Shown here piece by piece: positions 37,963 through 48,184 of a DNA stretch of 64,000 nt. Location: the NCBI GenBank assembly GCA_036337435.1, contig JAYZEG010000001.1, positions 132,969 through 196,968 of the forward strand. Direction: 5' to 3'. The stretch is from Myxococcota bacterium (GTDB taxonomy: Bacteria; Myxococcota_A; Bradymonadia; UBA7976; UBA1532). A model generated the notes under the pieces. That model saw nothing but the letters and a program-made list of their open reading frames with translations, searched no databases and had not been told where the DNA came from. Each line of letters begins with the position of its first letter. Position 1 is the stretch's first letter. The position numbers were made by a program, and so were the translations under genes.

Positions 37963-38979
37963 ATGAGCGTACATATTTACGGTCACTTGGACATGCGTGA
38001 ACACAAACCCGGTTCAGGTCATCCAGAATGCCCGAAGCGCCTTGACGCCATAGAGAGTAAACTTCGAGAAGACCACCGATACATTTTCAAAGTGGGACAG
38101 CCCGCCAGCCGTGAGCAAATTGAACGGGTTCATCCGAGCAAATACATCGAACACCTAGCGCGTTTCCGAGATGTTGGCGGTATTCTCGATGCAGACACCG
38201 TGCTATCTGAGAAAAGTATGAACGCAGCCTGGCTGGCGGCCGGCTGCAGCGTTGATGCGACCCGAGCGGTCTGCACCAGCGAGGCACAAAGTGCCATGGC
38301 ACTCACTCGACCACCCGGTCATCACGCCGAACCGAACAAGGCCATGGGATTTTGCCTATTCTCCAATGTAGCCATCGCAGCCGAAGCCGCGCTCGCAGAA
38401 TTCGGCTGTCAACGGGTGATGATTATCGATTGGGATGTCCATCATGGCAACGGAACTCAAAAAGCGTTCTGGGACCGACAAGATGTCTACTTCGTCAGTC
38501 TCCATCAAGCGCCACTCTACCCGGGTACAGGTCATCCATGGGAACGAGGTGCGGGTTCAGGATTGGGCTATACACTAAATATCCCCCTGCCAGCAGGAAG
38601 CGGTGATGGCCTCTACCATGACATCTTTCTCCGCGATTTGATGGAGGCCGCAAATCTCTACAGGCCGGACCTCATCATTGTATCGGCCGGTTTCGACGCT
38701 CATAGACTCGACCCGTTGGCCCAAATGAACCTATCGAGCAATGGGTTTGCTGCCCTATGCGACCTGACCTACCAGATGGCAAAAAAGCACTGCGATGGAC
38801 GACTCGTCTTGTGCTTGGAGGGCGGGTATCATTTGGGTGCTTTGGCCGAGAGTATGGGGCGCTGTGGTCAAATTCTACTGGGTGGGGCACCAGACCCGAT
38901 TTCTCGGCCAATAAAAGACGCCCGTTTAATCCATGACTATGTGCAAAAACAGTTGAGAGAAACCAAATGGCCGATCTGA
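37963..38979 (+). CDS. histone deacetylase family (Zn-dependent) deacylase
   Basis: HPECPKRL, RPPGHHA, GFCLFSNVA, DWDVHHGNGT, SAGFDAH, LEGGY. Confidence 0.95.
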   Translation: MSVHIYGHLDMREHKPGSGHPECPKRLDAIESKLREDHRYIFKVGQPASREQIERVHPSKYIEHLARFRDVGGILDADTVLSEKSMNAAWLAAGCSVDATRAVCTSEAQSAMALTRPPGHHAEPNKAMGFCLFSNVAIAAEAALAEFGCQRVMIIDWDVHHGNGTQKAFWDRQDVYFVSLHQAPLYPGTGHPWERGAGSGLGYTLNIPLPAGSGDGLYHDIFLRDLMEAANLYRPDLIIVSAGFDAHRLDPLAQMNLSSNGFAALCDLTYQMAKKHCDGRLVLCLEGGYHLGALAESMGRCGQILLGGAPDPISRPIKDARLIHDYVQKQLRETKWPI

Positions 38980-39827
38980 TCCAAGTCGCCATTACTCTCG
39001 ATTCAGACCAAGCCGATGCGGTGATTGAACGGCTCTTTCGAGCGGGTATACAAGGCGTTGAACTCGTGGACAGCGAGACGGATAAAATGATGGGGTCTCA
39101 AACTGAGATCCGCGTGTATCATCCAGCACATGTCGTTGATGAAATCCTCAAGACCTACGCATCATTGCTACCAGACGAACATGTCTTGACGGTCAATCAA
39201 GTGGGTGGAACCTGGCGTCAATCACTTGATCAAGCTGCGGTTACCTTGGGTAGAGGCTTCAGTATCAACGATCACGCGAATCGCTATCCAGAACGCACGA
39301 CATTCCTCATTGATCTTGGCTCTGGTTTTGGAGACGGACTTCACCAAACAACCCAACTGTGCGTGACTGCAATCGAAACCTTAGCCGAGCACGTCACAGA
39401 CAGTTTTACCGCGCTCGATGTGGGGACGGGCAGCGGTCTACTGGCGCTTGTCGCCGCATCCATGGGCAGTCATGTCACGGCAATCGATGTGGAAGACATT
39501 GCCCGACTCGCTTGCCGAGACAATGCCCAGAGAAATGGGCTGGCCCACCGGATTCGTGTCAGTGAACAACCGCCACCCGGCTATCAATCTGACCTCGTGG
39601 TCGCAAATTTGTATTACAATACGCTTTTCGAGATGGCACCCCGGCTTCATCGCTGGACAAAACCGGGTGGGAGATGTGTGATTTCTGGCTTTACGACCGA
39701 TGGTGTCAAGCCATTGATCACCCATTTCGAACACATGGGTTTTGAGGTGGACAACCTTCACACCCATGACGATTGGTGTGCTTTGCTTTTCATCAAAAGC
39801 CTAACTGCTGAAGGGGGGAACTCATGA
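38967..39827 (+). CDS. prmA: ribosomal protein L11 methyltransferase-like
   Basis: GFGDGLHQTT (compare FGTGxHxTT), LDVGTGSGLLA, DLVVANL, ISG, C-terminal DW.AL. Confidence 0.75.
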   Translation: MADLIQVAITLDSDQADAVIERLFRAGIQGVELVDSETDKMMGSQTEIRVYHPAHVVDEILKTYASLLPDEHVLTVNQVGGTWRQSLDQAAVTLGRGFSINDHANRYPERTTFLIDLGSGFGDGLHQTTQLCVTAIETLAEHVTDSFTALDVGTGSGLLALVAASMGSHVTAIDVEDIARLACRDNAQRNGLAHRIRVSEQPPPGYQSDLVVANLYYNTLFEMAPRLHRWTKPGGRCVISGFTTDGVKPLITHFEHMGFEVDNLHTHDDWCALLFIKSLTAEGGNS

Positions 39828-40822
39828 AGGCTCTGCAGCTTACAGAAATCGACCAAGGGCCCCAGTATAACGAGATCTCAATGCCTGAGCGCCGGACGGG
39901 TCACGCTCTCGTTAAACTCACTGCAAGTGCATTGAACAGACGTGATGTTTGGATACGCCGTGGGCAGTACCCGGGCATTCGCTATCCCATTGTCTTGGGA
40001 AGTGACGGATGTGGCGTGGTTTGTGAGACAGACACAAGTCAAAAACACTGGCAGGACAAACGGGTGATTATCTATCCGGGGTATGATTGGGGCGATGATG
40101 AACGCGTTCAAAGCAGTCATTATCGTATTTTGGGGCTGCCCGACCAGGGCACCTTTGCCGAATACATATCGGTCCCTGTGTCACACCTGAGAGACGCACC
40201 CCGCCACCTAACGGACGCACAGGCCGCCGCATGCCCCCTGGCTGCATTAACCGCCTGGAGAGCCCTCAAAGAACGGGGCCGAATGCAGGCAGGTGATCGC
40301 GTCTTAGTCACCGGTATAGGAGGCGGTGTCGCACAGTTTGCGGCCCAATTTGTCCACGCTTTAGGTGGTCAGCTTGCCATGACCAGCAGTTCCACAGAGA
40401 AGTTAGGCGGGTTTGACAGCCCCCTGGGTGCAGTGTGCTATTTAGACGACGATTGGCGCGCGCAGTTGCACGCATCGTGTCCGACCGGGTTCGATATCAT
40501 CATCGACGGAGCGGGCGGAGAGGGTTTTGGGCAGCTGGTGCGCTTACTGGCACCGGGAGGGCGACTTGTTTTCTACGGTGGAACGCGGGGACGCTGGCCT
40601 GCGATCCTGCCACAACATCTCTTCTACAAACAGGCAGAAATATTGGGATCCACAATGGGATCACCGCGGGATTTTGACCAAATGTTGACCTGTATCAATG
40701 AAACTCAGTTGAAACCATTGATCGGGCGTTCTTTCCCTCTTCGAGATGGAGCCGATGCCTTTGACTACCTTGAGAGTGGCGAGCAGTTTGGTAAGGTCGT
40801 TTTGGTGAATAGCAATGAGTGA
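39824..40822 (+). CDS. MDR-family (quinone oxidoreductase-like) dehydrogenase
   Basis: ALNRRDVWI..GQYP, LGSDGCG, LTAWRAL, TGIGGGVA, GSTMGS, QFGKVV. Confidence 0.9.
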   Translation: MKALQLTEIDQGPQYNEISMPERRTGHALVKLTASALNRRDVWIRRGQYPGIRYPIVLGSDGCGVVCETDTSQKHWQDKRVIIYPGYDWGDDERVQSSHYRILGLPDQGTFAEYISVPVSHLRDAPRHLTDAQAAACPLAALTAWRALKERGRMQAGDRVLVTGIGGGVAQFAAQFVHALGGQLAMTSSSTEKLGGFDSPLGAVCYLDDDWRAQLHASCPTGFDIIIDGAGGEGFGQLVRLLAPGGRLVFYGGTRGRWPAILPQHLFYKQAEILGSTMGSPRDFDQMLTCINETQLKPLIGRSFPLRDGADAFDYLESGEQFGKVVLVNSNE

Positions 40823-40834
40823 AAGTAGGTCATT

Positions 40835-41779
40835 ATGACGACCCCGATACTGAATAAAATGGCTGACGAAGCTGAAGCAAAAGTCCTCTGCGGGATTATT
40901 TTTGACTTTCTTACGGCGCAGCCTATCGACGCATTCATCCGAACAGACACCCTCGTCGAGCAAATCTCGAATGCCTTTGACGAAGACCTCACCGAACACT
41001 GGATTAAAGCCCATATTTCTGGCTTCGCCCAACGAGAACTGGAACGCGCCGAGACAAGAGATGACCAGGTAAAAGACTGGATTACTCTTGAGATGCAAGC
41101 CGAGTTGAGGCGTTTAGCCATTCGCCCGATTCATTTGGATCGGGGCTTTCTCAGAGCGGCGGTCCAACAAGATTCGGTCAAGCATATGATCAAGCGGATC
41201 ATCGAAGAGACTTTGGACCGGTTCGTAAATACACTCAAGCCATCGGGAAGTGGCGGTGGACTCATCGGCTCTGTCGGCCGAGGGGCATTTGGCTTCGCCA
41301 GCCGAGCGGGCAAGGGCCTCCTCGGACAATTGGGAGGTCAATTTGAGACCCATTTACAAGCGGCGGTAAAAAGCTTTGTACAGAACTCGACAAGCCTGAT
41401 GCTGGACAGACTGATCGTGATTTTAACGAGCCCGGAAACGGCACAGCATTTTGGTCGGTCTGGCGGGGCCGCTCACGATGCCCTCATGGATCAAAGTACG
41501 GAGTCTGTCTGGCGGTTTATCAACGAGCACATACCCGTGGACGATTTAATGGAGGTGATGCCCCAACAACTCTCACATCTCGTACATCACAGTGGCTTTA
41601 TTGAGATCATTCAGGGGGAAGTCGAACAGTTTATGGCCACCGAAGCCAAGACGCCCGTGAGTGTCTTTCTTGGGACTCGAGAAAGACAGCAGGCTCTCCG
41701 CCGCGCCGTCATCGATCTCGGCACCCCCCTTGTCCAGTCCCTGGCTGACTCCGAGTCTTTTAAGGATTGGTTGGCCTAG
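40835..41779 (+). CDS. hypothetical helical protein
   Basis: 314-aa ORF co-directional with the operon, with a Gly-rich amphipathic middle segment. No motif recognised. Confidence 0.65.
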   Translation: MTTPILNKMADEAEAKVLCGIIFDFLTAQPIDAFIRTDTLVEQISNAFDEDLTEHWIKAHISGFAQRELERAETRDDQVKDWITLEMQAELRRLAIRPIHLDRGFLRAAVQQDSVKHMIKRIIEETLDRFVNTLKPSGSGGGLIGSVGRGAFGFASRAGKGLLGQLGGQFETHLQAAVKSFVQNSTSLMLDRLIVILTSPETAQHFGRSGGAAHDALMDQSTESVWRFINEHIPVDDLMEVMPQQLSHLVHHSGFIEIIQGEVEQFMATEAKTPVSVFLGTRERQQALRRAVIDLGTPLVQSLADSESFKDWLA

Positions 41780-41784
41780 ACACG

Positions 41785-43926
41785 CTATTGAGGAAGACAG
41801 GCACCGAATTGTCTGAATCGGCGACAGACAGTGCCAGGGACACCACCGCAATCGCCGTCGGCCCCGCAGCGAATTGTGCAGATATTAGGCAAAGACCCAC
41901 CTCGGCCCCGGAAGGTCCAGCAGAACTCGGCGTCAGGGCCACAATCATCATTGCTATCACAGGCGTCTCCAAGGCCCAATTGGCCATTCCCTTCAATGGC
42001 GCTACACGCGCCTGTGACTTCATCGCAGAACGCCCGTAGGGGCTCTGTACGGCCACACTGCCCTTCGTCTACGGTGCATTGATCTTGGTTGTCATCAATG
42101 GCTGCTGTTAAAGAATACTCAGTATCCACGAGGCGATCGCTGGAGAATTGGTCAACCCGCAGGTAATAACTGCCGGGTGCTGTAAAACGAACCTCGATCA
42201 CTTCGGTGACCTGCTCCGGCGTCGTCGAGGACGCGACCAAGTTGCCAAAGTTATCATAGAGGTAGATGTCGATATCGACGCCGGCTCTGAAGGTGGCCGA
42301 AACTGTCATCGCCCAGCTGGCTTGATTTGCCGGGACCACCAATCGATACCAATCATCATCATCATTACAAATTTGTAAGCCCTCGATGGCATCCCCATTG
42401 AAAGCGATCCGAGTCGCTTCATCGCGGGTATCATTGGGGTCAAACTCAGGATCGGCACCCCATTCAGCACTCGGTCTGGGTAAGCCGCAGTAGCGATCAC
42501 CCGTGCGTGCAGATAAACAGGCTTCACCGTCACCACAATCGTCATCGACTCGGCATGCTCCCCGAACCGCGCATCGGCCTTGACGACATGCATAAAATCG
42601 ACCGCAATCATCATCGTCATCACATCCAGGCACGCAGACCGCTGAGTTTCGAGAGATTGGCTGACAGTAGGCATTGGCCCCGAGAGAGCCACACTCACCT
42701 TCTCGTCTACACCCGATGGTGCAGAAATTGTCGTGACCACCCTCGCCGCCGGTGAAGCAGAGGTCTGCGTCCTCGGTACAGTCATCGTTTTGGCCACATC
42801 GCTCACCCAAACCCGCTCCGGCCGGCGGCGCGGTGCAAAGCCCTTCGGAACAAATGGGAAGCCCATCGGCGCGACAGTCTCTATCAGCTTCACACCGACC
42901 TGAACGACCGGCGAACTCGATGGTGTAATCGACCTCACGGTCTTGCTCATCTTCGGGAATAAAAAGTGTTAATCCGATGCGATATTGCCCTGCCGGTAAA
43001 TGAGAGAAACTCAGGCGTTCTGGATTCGACCGCCGATCTGAGATGGCTCGACTGATGACAGCACCCGTATCAGCGTTGATCACATGGACGTCAATATCTT
43101 CACCCTCGTCAAAGCTTACGAGAAGATCGAAGCTGTCGCCATCTTCTGCTTGGAAGGCGAACCAATCTCGGTCAGCACCACAGATACGGCCCGTCAATGG
43201 GTCCATCGGTGCCATTATGGGACTTGCGGTCTGGTCGGTATCATTGGGTTCGAAACCGTCATTTCCGCATGGGTCATCGGCCAAGCCAATGCAGAGGCCT
43301 TCAAACCGATCGCACACTTGGCCCTCGGGACACTGATCATCTAAGGCACAGGTACCCGTCACGGCGAGTCGATAAAATGCAGCTTCGTCCAAATACCCGT
43401 CCACTCGGATGAAGTACTCACCATCGGCCGGCGCGTTGAAATCAACCTGCTCATTCCCTTCTTCGCCGGTACTCTCCACAACCACAGCACCGGTTTCATC
43501 GAGGACCGCCAGGTCAAAATCCGTCTCGATGGGATCAGCCTTTAGGACGATCTGGGTTTGCTGTCCAGCAACCAACTGCAAACGAAACCAATCGTCCGTC
43601 TCCGGACAAATGAACAAATCCTCGCGAAGAAAACCAACCTCAATTTCTGCAGCAGAGTCCGGCCCCTGATTGGGTGCCAGATCATCCTCATTACCACAGC
43701 CGGTGGGCTGTACCACCTCCGGCGGCCCGAGGTCGACGGGTCGAGGATCAGAGCCCGCATCCGCAGTGTCATCAGGTTCGACCGTCATCGACATATCGGC
43801 GATGGACTCACCGGGTTGGGGCTCCGATTCCAGCTGACGCTCCTTGTTCTCAATACAAGCCGTTAAACTCAAAATGATGCTGAAGAGAGTGACCATCCTC
43901 AGATTGGACTTGACGCGTAAGAGCAT
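41785..43926 (-). CDS. lipoprotein with three PPC-like domains separated by Cys-rich repeats
   Basis: Lipobox LTA|C. Three copies of (E/A/D)PN..A..I...IC..D.DW(F/Y)...D.D(L/I/V)....G....S......E.....G.Y. Intervening C..D.DC..G..C repeats. Confidence 0.8.
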   Translation of the reverse strand: MLLRVKSNLRMVTLFSIILSLTACIENKERQLESEPQPGESIADMSMTVEPDDTADAGSDPRPVDLGPPEVVQPTGCGNEDDLAPNQGPDSAAEIEVGFLREDLFICPETDDWFRLQLVAGQQTQIVLKADPIETDFDLAVLDETGAVVVESTGEEGNEQVDFNAPADGEYFIRVDGYLDEAAFYRLAVTGTCALDDQCPEGQVCDRFEGLCIGLADDPCGNDGFEPNDTDQTASPIMAPMDPLTGRICGADRDWFAFQAEDGDSFDLLVSFDEGEDIDVHVINADTGAVISRAISDRRSNPERLSFSHLPAGQYRIGLTLFIPEDEQDREVDYTIEFAGRSGRCEADRDCRADGLPICSEGLCTAPPAGAGLGERCGQNDDCTEDADLCFTGGEGGHDNFCTIGCRREGECGSLGANAYCQPISRNSAVCVPGCDDDDDCGRFYACRQGRCAVRGACRVDDDCGDGEACLSARTGDRYCGLPRPSAEWGADPEFDPNDTRDEATRIAFNGDAIEGLQICNDDDDWYRLVVPANQASWAMTVSATFRAGVDIDIYLYDNFGNLVASSTTPEQVTEVIEVRFTAPGSYYLRVDQFSSDRLVDTEYSLTAAIDDNQDQCTVDEGQCGRTEPLRAFCDEVTGACSAIEGNGQLGLGDACDSNDDCGPDAEFCWTFRGRGGSLPNICTIRCGADGDCGGVPGTVCRRFRQFGACLPQ

Positions 43927-44050
43927 ATTTATTCCCCGTGATGGATTTTGCTGGGCCTGTGTCGAAACCGGTCTATTAAACCACAGACTTCATAAAGATG
44001 GACTGTGCGTTTTTTACCACAGGCCTGTACGCAGCAAGATCCGGGCCGTT

Positions 44051-44098
44051 TTTAGACCAGCTGAGGGCTCTTAAAACGAGCGCGCGCTCTGGTCTAAA
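44051..44098. terminator. intergenic stem-loop downstream of the LTD lipoprotein gene
   Basis: TTTAGACCAG (44051-44060) pairs with CTGGTCTAAA (44089-44098) and encloses an inner GCTC/GAGC stem. It starts 15 nt after the stop at 44114. Confidence 0.4.
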
Positions 44099-44113
44099 GC
44101 CCAGCATGCATGC

Positions 44114-46852
44114 TTACTGACCGCCGCACTCTGTATTGGCTTGCCCAGGAGTACCAAAGTGCTGTGGATCTGCGAGATAAATTTGGTCTGATGCACACCA
44201 AAAAAGTCCTGAATCGTTGGAGCGTGCATCTTGATTAGCCAAATCTAATTGAATGGAGCCTTGTGACTGGGCTGGGAAGCGATTGTCTCGACCATAGATG
44301 ACCAAGTCTATCGTCGTCTCGCCACAAGCCAACGAAAGTTCATCCCCCGCGTTGTTCAGCGAGAAACCAAAGAGTGCATCGGGCCTAATATTTCCATTTT
44401 CATTGGTGTCCGCCGACCGACCAAAGAGGGCGAATCCACCTGGTGATAGGAAGACACCGTCAATGGCAGACTCGGAGCCTTGGTCGCGGACAACACAGCC
44501 ACTCAATGATATAGGTGCCTCAGCAACACTGATTAATTCGAACCACTCGGCAGCGGAATCTGCGAGTCCTGCTCCTGGATCATACATAATCTCATTGATG
44601 ATCACTTCACCCGCAAATGGCGTCCGTGCGCCTTCGGGACCACAGAAGCCATTCTGGCAAGCCTCACCGGCACCGCATTCTTGCCGCGTCTCTTCATAGT
44701 CACAAACCTCATCGATGCCGTCGACTCGACATTGACCAACGGGCGCGTAGGACACGCTGACATTGCCATCGCAGATTCGGGCCGGGGGTTGGTCACACGT
44801 GACGTCCAGGCAACGTACACACTGTGGGTTGACCACACCCGGTGTACCCCGGTGGACCGGGTCAGCGAGATACTCTTGGGTGCTCAAGCACCATGCTTGG
44901 TCTAGATCGTTGTCTGTGGCGTTGAGGGCACGGGCATCAAGGCTGATGGATGTCGCTCGAGCAGCGTTTCGGTTGCCTGCCCCATCCGTGTATGTGACCT
45001 GATCGATGACAACACCGCCACAGGTGAGAATCAAGGTGTCGCTGGAATTGGTGAGGTTGAAATAGAATCGATGGTCAGCCCGAAGCCCGCCATTGAAATC
45101 GGGGATGTCCGAACGGACGAAAAGCGCAACACCACCAGGCTCTACAATGACACCCTCGATCACAGTTGGCTCACTTTGCTGGGCTCGGTTTTCGTCAAAA
45201 TCAGTCAACTGACAATTGTCGAGATTCAGGGGCCTATCCGTCGGGTTATATACCTCGATCCATTCCGCATTATTTTCTCGAATTTCTGCCCTGGGTAAAT
45301 CGGGTTCGTAGTCTGGATCATCAGGATTATACATGATTTCACTGAACACAATTTCACCCCGCCCAGGTCCTTGAGGACGCTGGTCATAGCAGGCACCGTA
45401 GACACAGACTTGCGCGGTTTGACCGCAGTCGACTCGCGTCGCGGGATAGGCACATTCTGCCAAGCCGTTCTCACCGACCAGACATTCACCCGCAACCCCA
45501 AATTGTACTGCGATATCGCCCTCACAATCACCAACCGGGGGTCGTCCACAAGGATTTGGGTCACATGGCGCGAGGGGTGGAGCCGCTGTCATCTGACCCG
45601 CGTTTTCAACCGTGTAGCCATCGTCAGAACCGGCCTGACCGCCATCGCAATAAAGCCAGGAGCGGCCTCCATCAACAGTAAATCGATATGCATAGTCGTA
45701 TTGGCCTGGCAGTGGAATGAACAAGCGCGCCTGATATTCATCAACGCCAGGTTCTCCGGATACGTTGGCATCGTAGTCAGCATTGGGCCTGGCCCAAATC
45801 CAAATCCATTCATCGTTATTTTGTGGCTGGCTGCCATCGGGTCCAAAGCCCAAGTAACCACGAACTAAACCGTAGGCATCGACGGACGCAGAGCGGTCTG
45901 TAATGCCCTGCTCGCGCACACGACCATAAATGGTGACCTCATCGCGGTATCGACCGTCCGTGGTTTCATTTGGAATCGCTGTGGGTGATTGCAGACGACA
46001 GAAGTCGGTGATTTCATCACAAGGGCCATTGGCCGAACCAGGCGTACCCCACTGCACAGGCTCTTCAAGGTAAGCCCGCCGTGCAACGCACCAATTTCGT
46101 GCTTGGTCATTGGCTGTTGTCGATTCTTGACCGGGCGTCAGGCTAAGACTGAATCCCTGAGCCCGAGGAAAGCCTTCATCGAAGTCATAGTGCATGACGT
46201 CTACAATGGTTCCGCCGCATTGCAACACGATCCGATCACGAGAATTATTCAGTGCAAAACCGAAAATGCCGTCAACATCGAGGCCACCGTTAAGTCCTTG
46301 ATCATCGCTTCGTCCATAGAGTGCGTAGCCACCCGGCTCGATGGTCACATCACCTAATTCCGATATAGATGTGCCATCAGTGAGTTGGCAATCTTCAAGG
46401 GCGAAGGGCTGGTCGCTCGTATTATACAATTCGATCCATTCGGCGTTTTCGTCCGTCAGTCCATTATGTGGATCGAGCATGATCTCTGTGATGATGACCT
46501 CACCGGTTTGAGGCACCTCGACAAAGTCGCCAGATTCCCCGCCGGCACCTGCTGAACCGCCCTGGCCTCCCGCGCCAGCCATACCGCCGGTCCCTGCGGT
46601 TCCGCCGGCTCCACCTTGTCCAGCCGTGCCACCTTGACCACCTGTACCACCCGTGCTGCCCATATCGACCAAAAGACCGCCAGTTCCGCCTACGCCCCCT
46701 GTACCGCCTGCGCCGCCACTGCCCGCGTCCCGCGGGGTCAGAATTTGACCCGTTCCACCACCTGCATCATCACCTCCACAGGCGAATAGAAAGGCCGCTG
46801 AGACGACGAGGGTTATCCGATTTAAATAATGTCTATGAGCTTGTTTCTTCAT
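44114..46852 (-). CDS. lipoprotein with Gly-rich linker, three lamin-tail domains (LTD) and an Ig-like insert domain
   Basis: Lipobox LFA|C, GGTGG linker. Three copies of GE(V/I)(I/V).EIM.DP/NP...EW(I/F)E...F.L.N..D...L.C....D...WC...GTPG..N. Confidence 0.85.
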   Translation of the reverse strand: MKKQAHRHYLNRITLVVSAAFLFACGGDDAGGGTGQILTPRDAGSGGAGGTGGVGGTGGLLVDMGSTGGTGGQGGTAGQGGAGGTAGTGGMAGAGGQGGSAGAGGESGDFVEVPQTGEVIITEIMLDPHNGLTDENAEWIELYNTSDQPFALEDCQLTDGTSISELGDVTIEPGGYALYGRSDDQGLNGGLDVDGIFGFALNNSRDRIVLQCGGTIVDVMHYDFDEGFPRAQGFSLSLTPGQESTTANDQARNWCVARRAYLEEPVQWGTPGSANGPCDEITDFCRLQSPTAIPNETTDGRYRDEVTIYGRVREQGITDRSASVDAYGLVRGYLGFGPDGSQPQNNDEWIWIWARPNADYDANVSGEPGVDEYQARLFIPLPGQYDYAYRFTVDGGRSWLYCDGGQAGSDDGYTVENAGQMTAAPPLAPCDPNPCGRPPVGDCEGDIAVQFGVAGECLVGENGLAECAYPATRVDCGQTAQVCVYGACYDQRPQGPGRGEIVFSEIMYNPDDPDYEPDLPRAEIRENNAEWIEVYNPTDRPLNLDNCQLTDFDENRAQQSEPTVIEGVIVEPGGVALFVRSDIPDFNGGLRADHRFYFNLTNSSDTLILTCGGVVIDQVTYTDGAGNRNAARATSISLDARALNATDNDLDQAWCLSTQEYLADPVHRGTPGVVNPQCVRCLDVTCDQPPARICDGNVSVSYAPVGQCRVDGIDEVCDYEETRQECGAGEACQNGFCGPEGARTPFAGEVIINEIMYDPGAGLADSAAEWFELISVAEAPISLSGCVVRDQGSESAIDGVFLSPGGFALFGRSADTNENGNIRPDALFGFSLNNAGDELSLACGETTIDLVIYGRDNRFPAQSQGSIQLDLANQDARSNDSGLFWCASDQIYLADPQHFGTPGQANTECGGQ

Positions 46853-46967
46853 ACCGTTCTTTCCATCAGTTTAGCTAAGCCAGGCACTCAAGGTTATGGC
46901 AAACGTCGAGGTAGAAGGGCGATTTACCCTTTTCGGTCCACAGCTCAGCTGAAATAGAATCCGCCGG

Positions 46968-46996
46968 ATAATGCTGATCTTGAACCAAATCGTCAA
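46968..46996 (-). promoter_or_regulatory. putative sigma70-type promoter for the LTD lipoprotein gene
   Basis: On the minus strand: TTGACG, 17 nt spacer, CATTAT. This implies a leader of about 110 nt before ATG 46852. Confidence 0.4.
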
Positions 46997-47120
46997 CTAA
47001 AGAACGTCGAAAATGCAGGGCCCCCCATGGATGAGATCCAATCCTGTGGACTGCAAACACTGGATCATGATGGGTTCATCGGCCGCTGTTCATCACCGCG
47101 CAGTCGGGCTTTGTATGGGA

Positions 47121-48092
47121 TTACTGACGGATGTCGGACGGCCCTCTTGGCTCAATCTTGCTGTTGGCATTCCCCAATCGCAAGACCCCCGCGATGCTCT
47201 GGAAACGGGTTCCGACGGTCGGCAATGGAGTTAATCGATAGAAGTAATCATCGATCCGAAGTTGACCGTCTACGACAAACTCATACGTCGGCATACCATC
47301 CTGCCCATCTCCAGGTCCGACTTCAGGTTCCACGTCAATGACGGCAACATCATCAACCCTGACCAGCATACCCTCTAAAGCTGATGCCTGGGGTCCACCC
47401 GTTGATATGTCGCCTGGCGGCACGACCACAGGGTCCGGAATCACCGACTGCCCGATGGATTGAAGTGCTTCAACATGCTGAATCTGCCACTGGCCATAGA
47501 AGTCATTGGTCCGACCAGTCAATCGGACCAGTGTACCCGGCATAGGAGGATTCATACGCCACGCCTCGTTGTCTGCATTGTTGAGATAGATCCAGATTCC
47601 ACTATTGGCTTGTCCTCGATATCGAGCACTGTCGACCGGAACTTGCAAGACCATGTGCGAATAGAGGTTATCTGCATTCAGGCGCACCGCTGTGACGACG
47701 CCTTCCACAGACACGGTCGTATCGTCGGCCAATGTGCCTGATTTCACATCATAGATATCGACTTGAGTGGCATTGCCGCCACCTGCACCGCCGCTGCCCC
47801 CAGACCCGCCATTTCCGCCTCCGGTTCCGCCTGTGGCAACGGGTCCGGTGCCGAATTGGCAGATGCCTCCCTCACAGGTGGCTCCAGCCCCGCATTGGAA
47901 GCTGTCGGTACAAGTCGCGGTACAGCGAAAGGACTGCGGATGACATAAGTTTGTTTGGCAGTCGGCATTGACGGAGCACGATTGACCGAATCCGACCATC
48001 ATGCTGCTCTGGCTCGTTGGGTCGTCGGTCCCGCCGCAACCAAAAGTCATGGCCGTCATCAAGGTTGAAACAAACATCAGGGTGCGAAACAT
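47121..48092 (-). CDS. lipoprotein with Cys-rich module and tandem OB-fold-like domains
   Basis: Lipobox TFG|C, Cys repeats, Gly linker. IYDV...VSVEGVVTAV...SGIWIY...GTLVRLTG...FYG and ALEGMLVRV..V.V...SIAGVL...KIEPR resemble OB folds of extracellular nucleases. Confidence 0.7.
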   Translation of the reverse strand: MFRTLMFVSTLMTAMTFGCGGTDDPTSQSSMMVGFGQSCSVNADCQTNLCHPQSFRCTATCTDSFQCGAGATCEGGICQFGTGPVATGGTGGGNGGSGGSGGAGGGNATQVDIYDVKSGTLADDTTVSVEGVVTAVRLNADNLYSHMVLQVPVDSARYRGQANSGIWIYLNNADNEAWRMNPPMPGTLVRLTGRTNDFYGQWQIQHVEALQSIGQSVIPDPVVVPPGDISTGGPQASALEGMLVRVDDVAVIDVEPEVGPGDGQDGMPTYEFVVDGQLRIDDYFYRLTPLPTVGTRFQSIAGVLRLGNANSKIEPRGPSDIRQ

Positions 48093-48184
48093 ATCTTCTC
48101 CAGCAAACTTAGATTGATCGAGGCGACAGAGACTGGACCCGGATACAGACGATGAACCAGGCCCAAATAGACTCTATCGACGGA

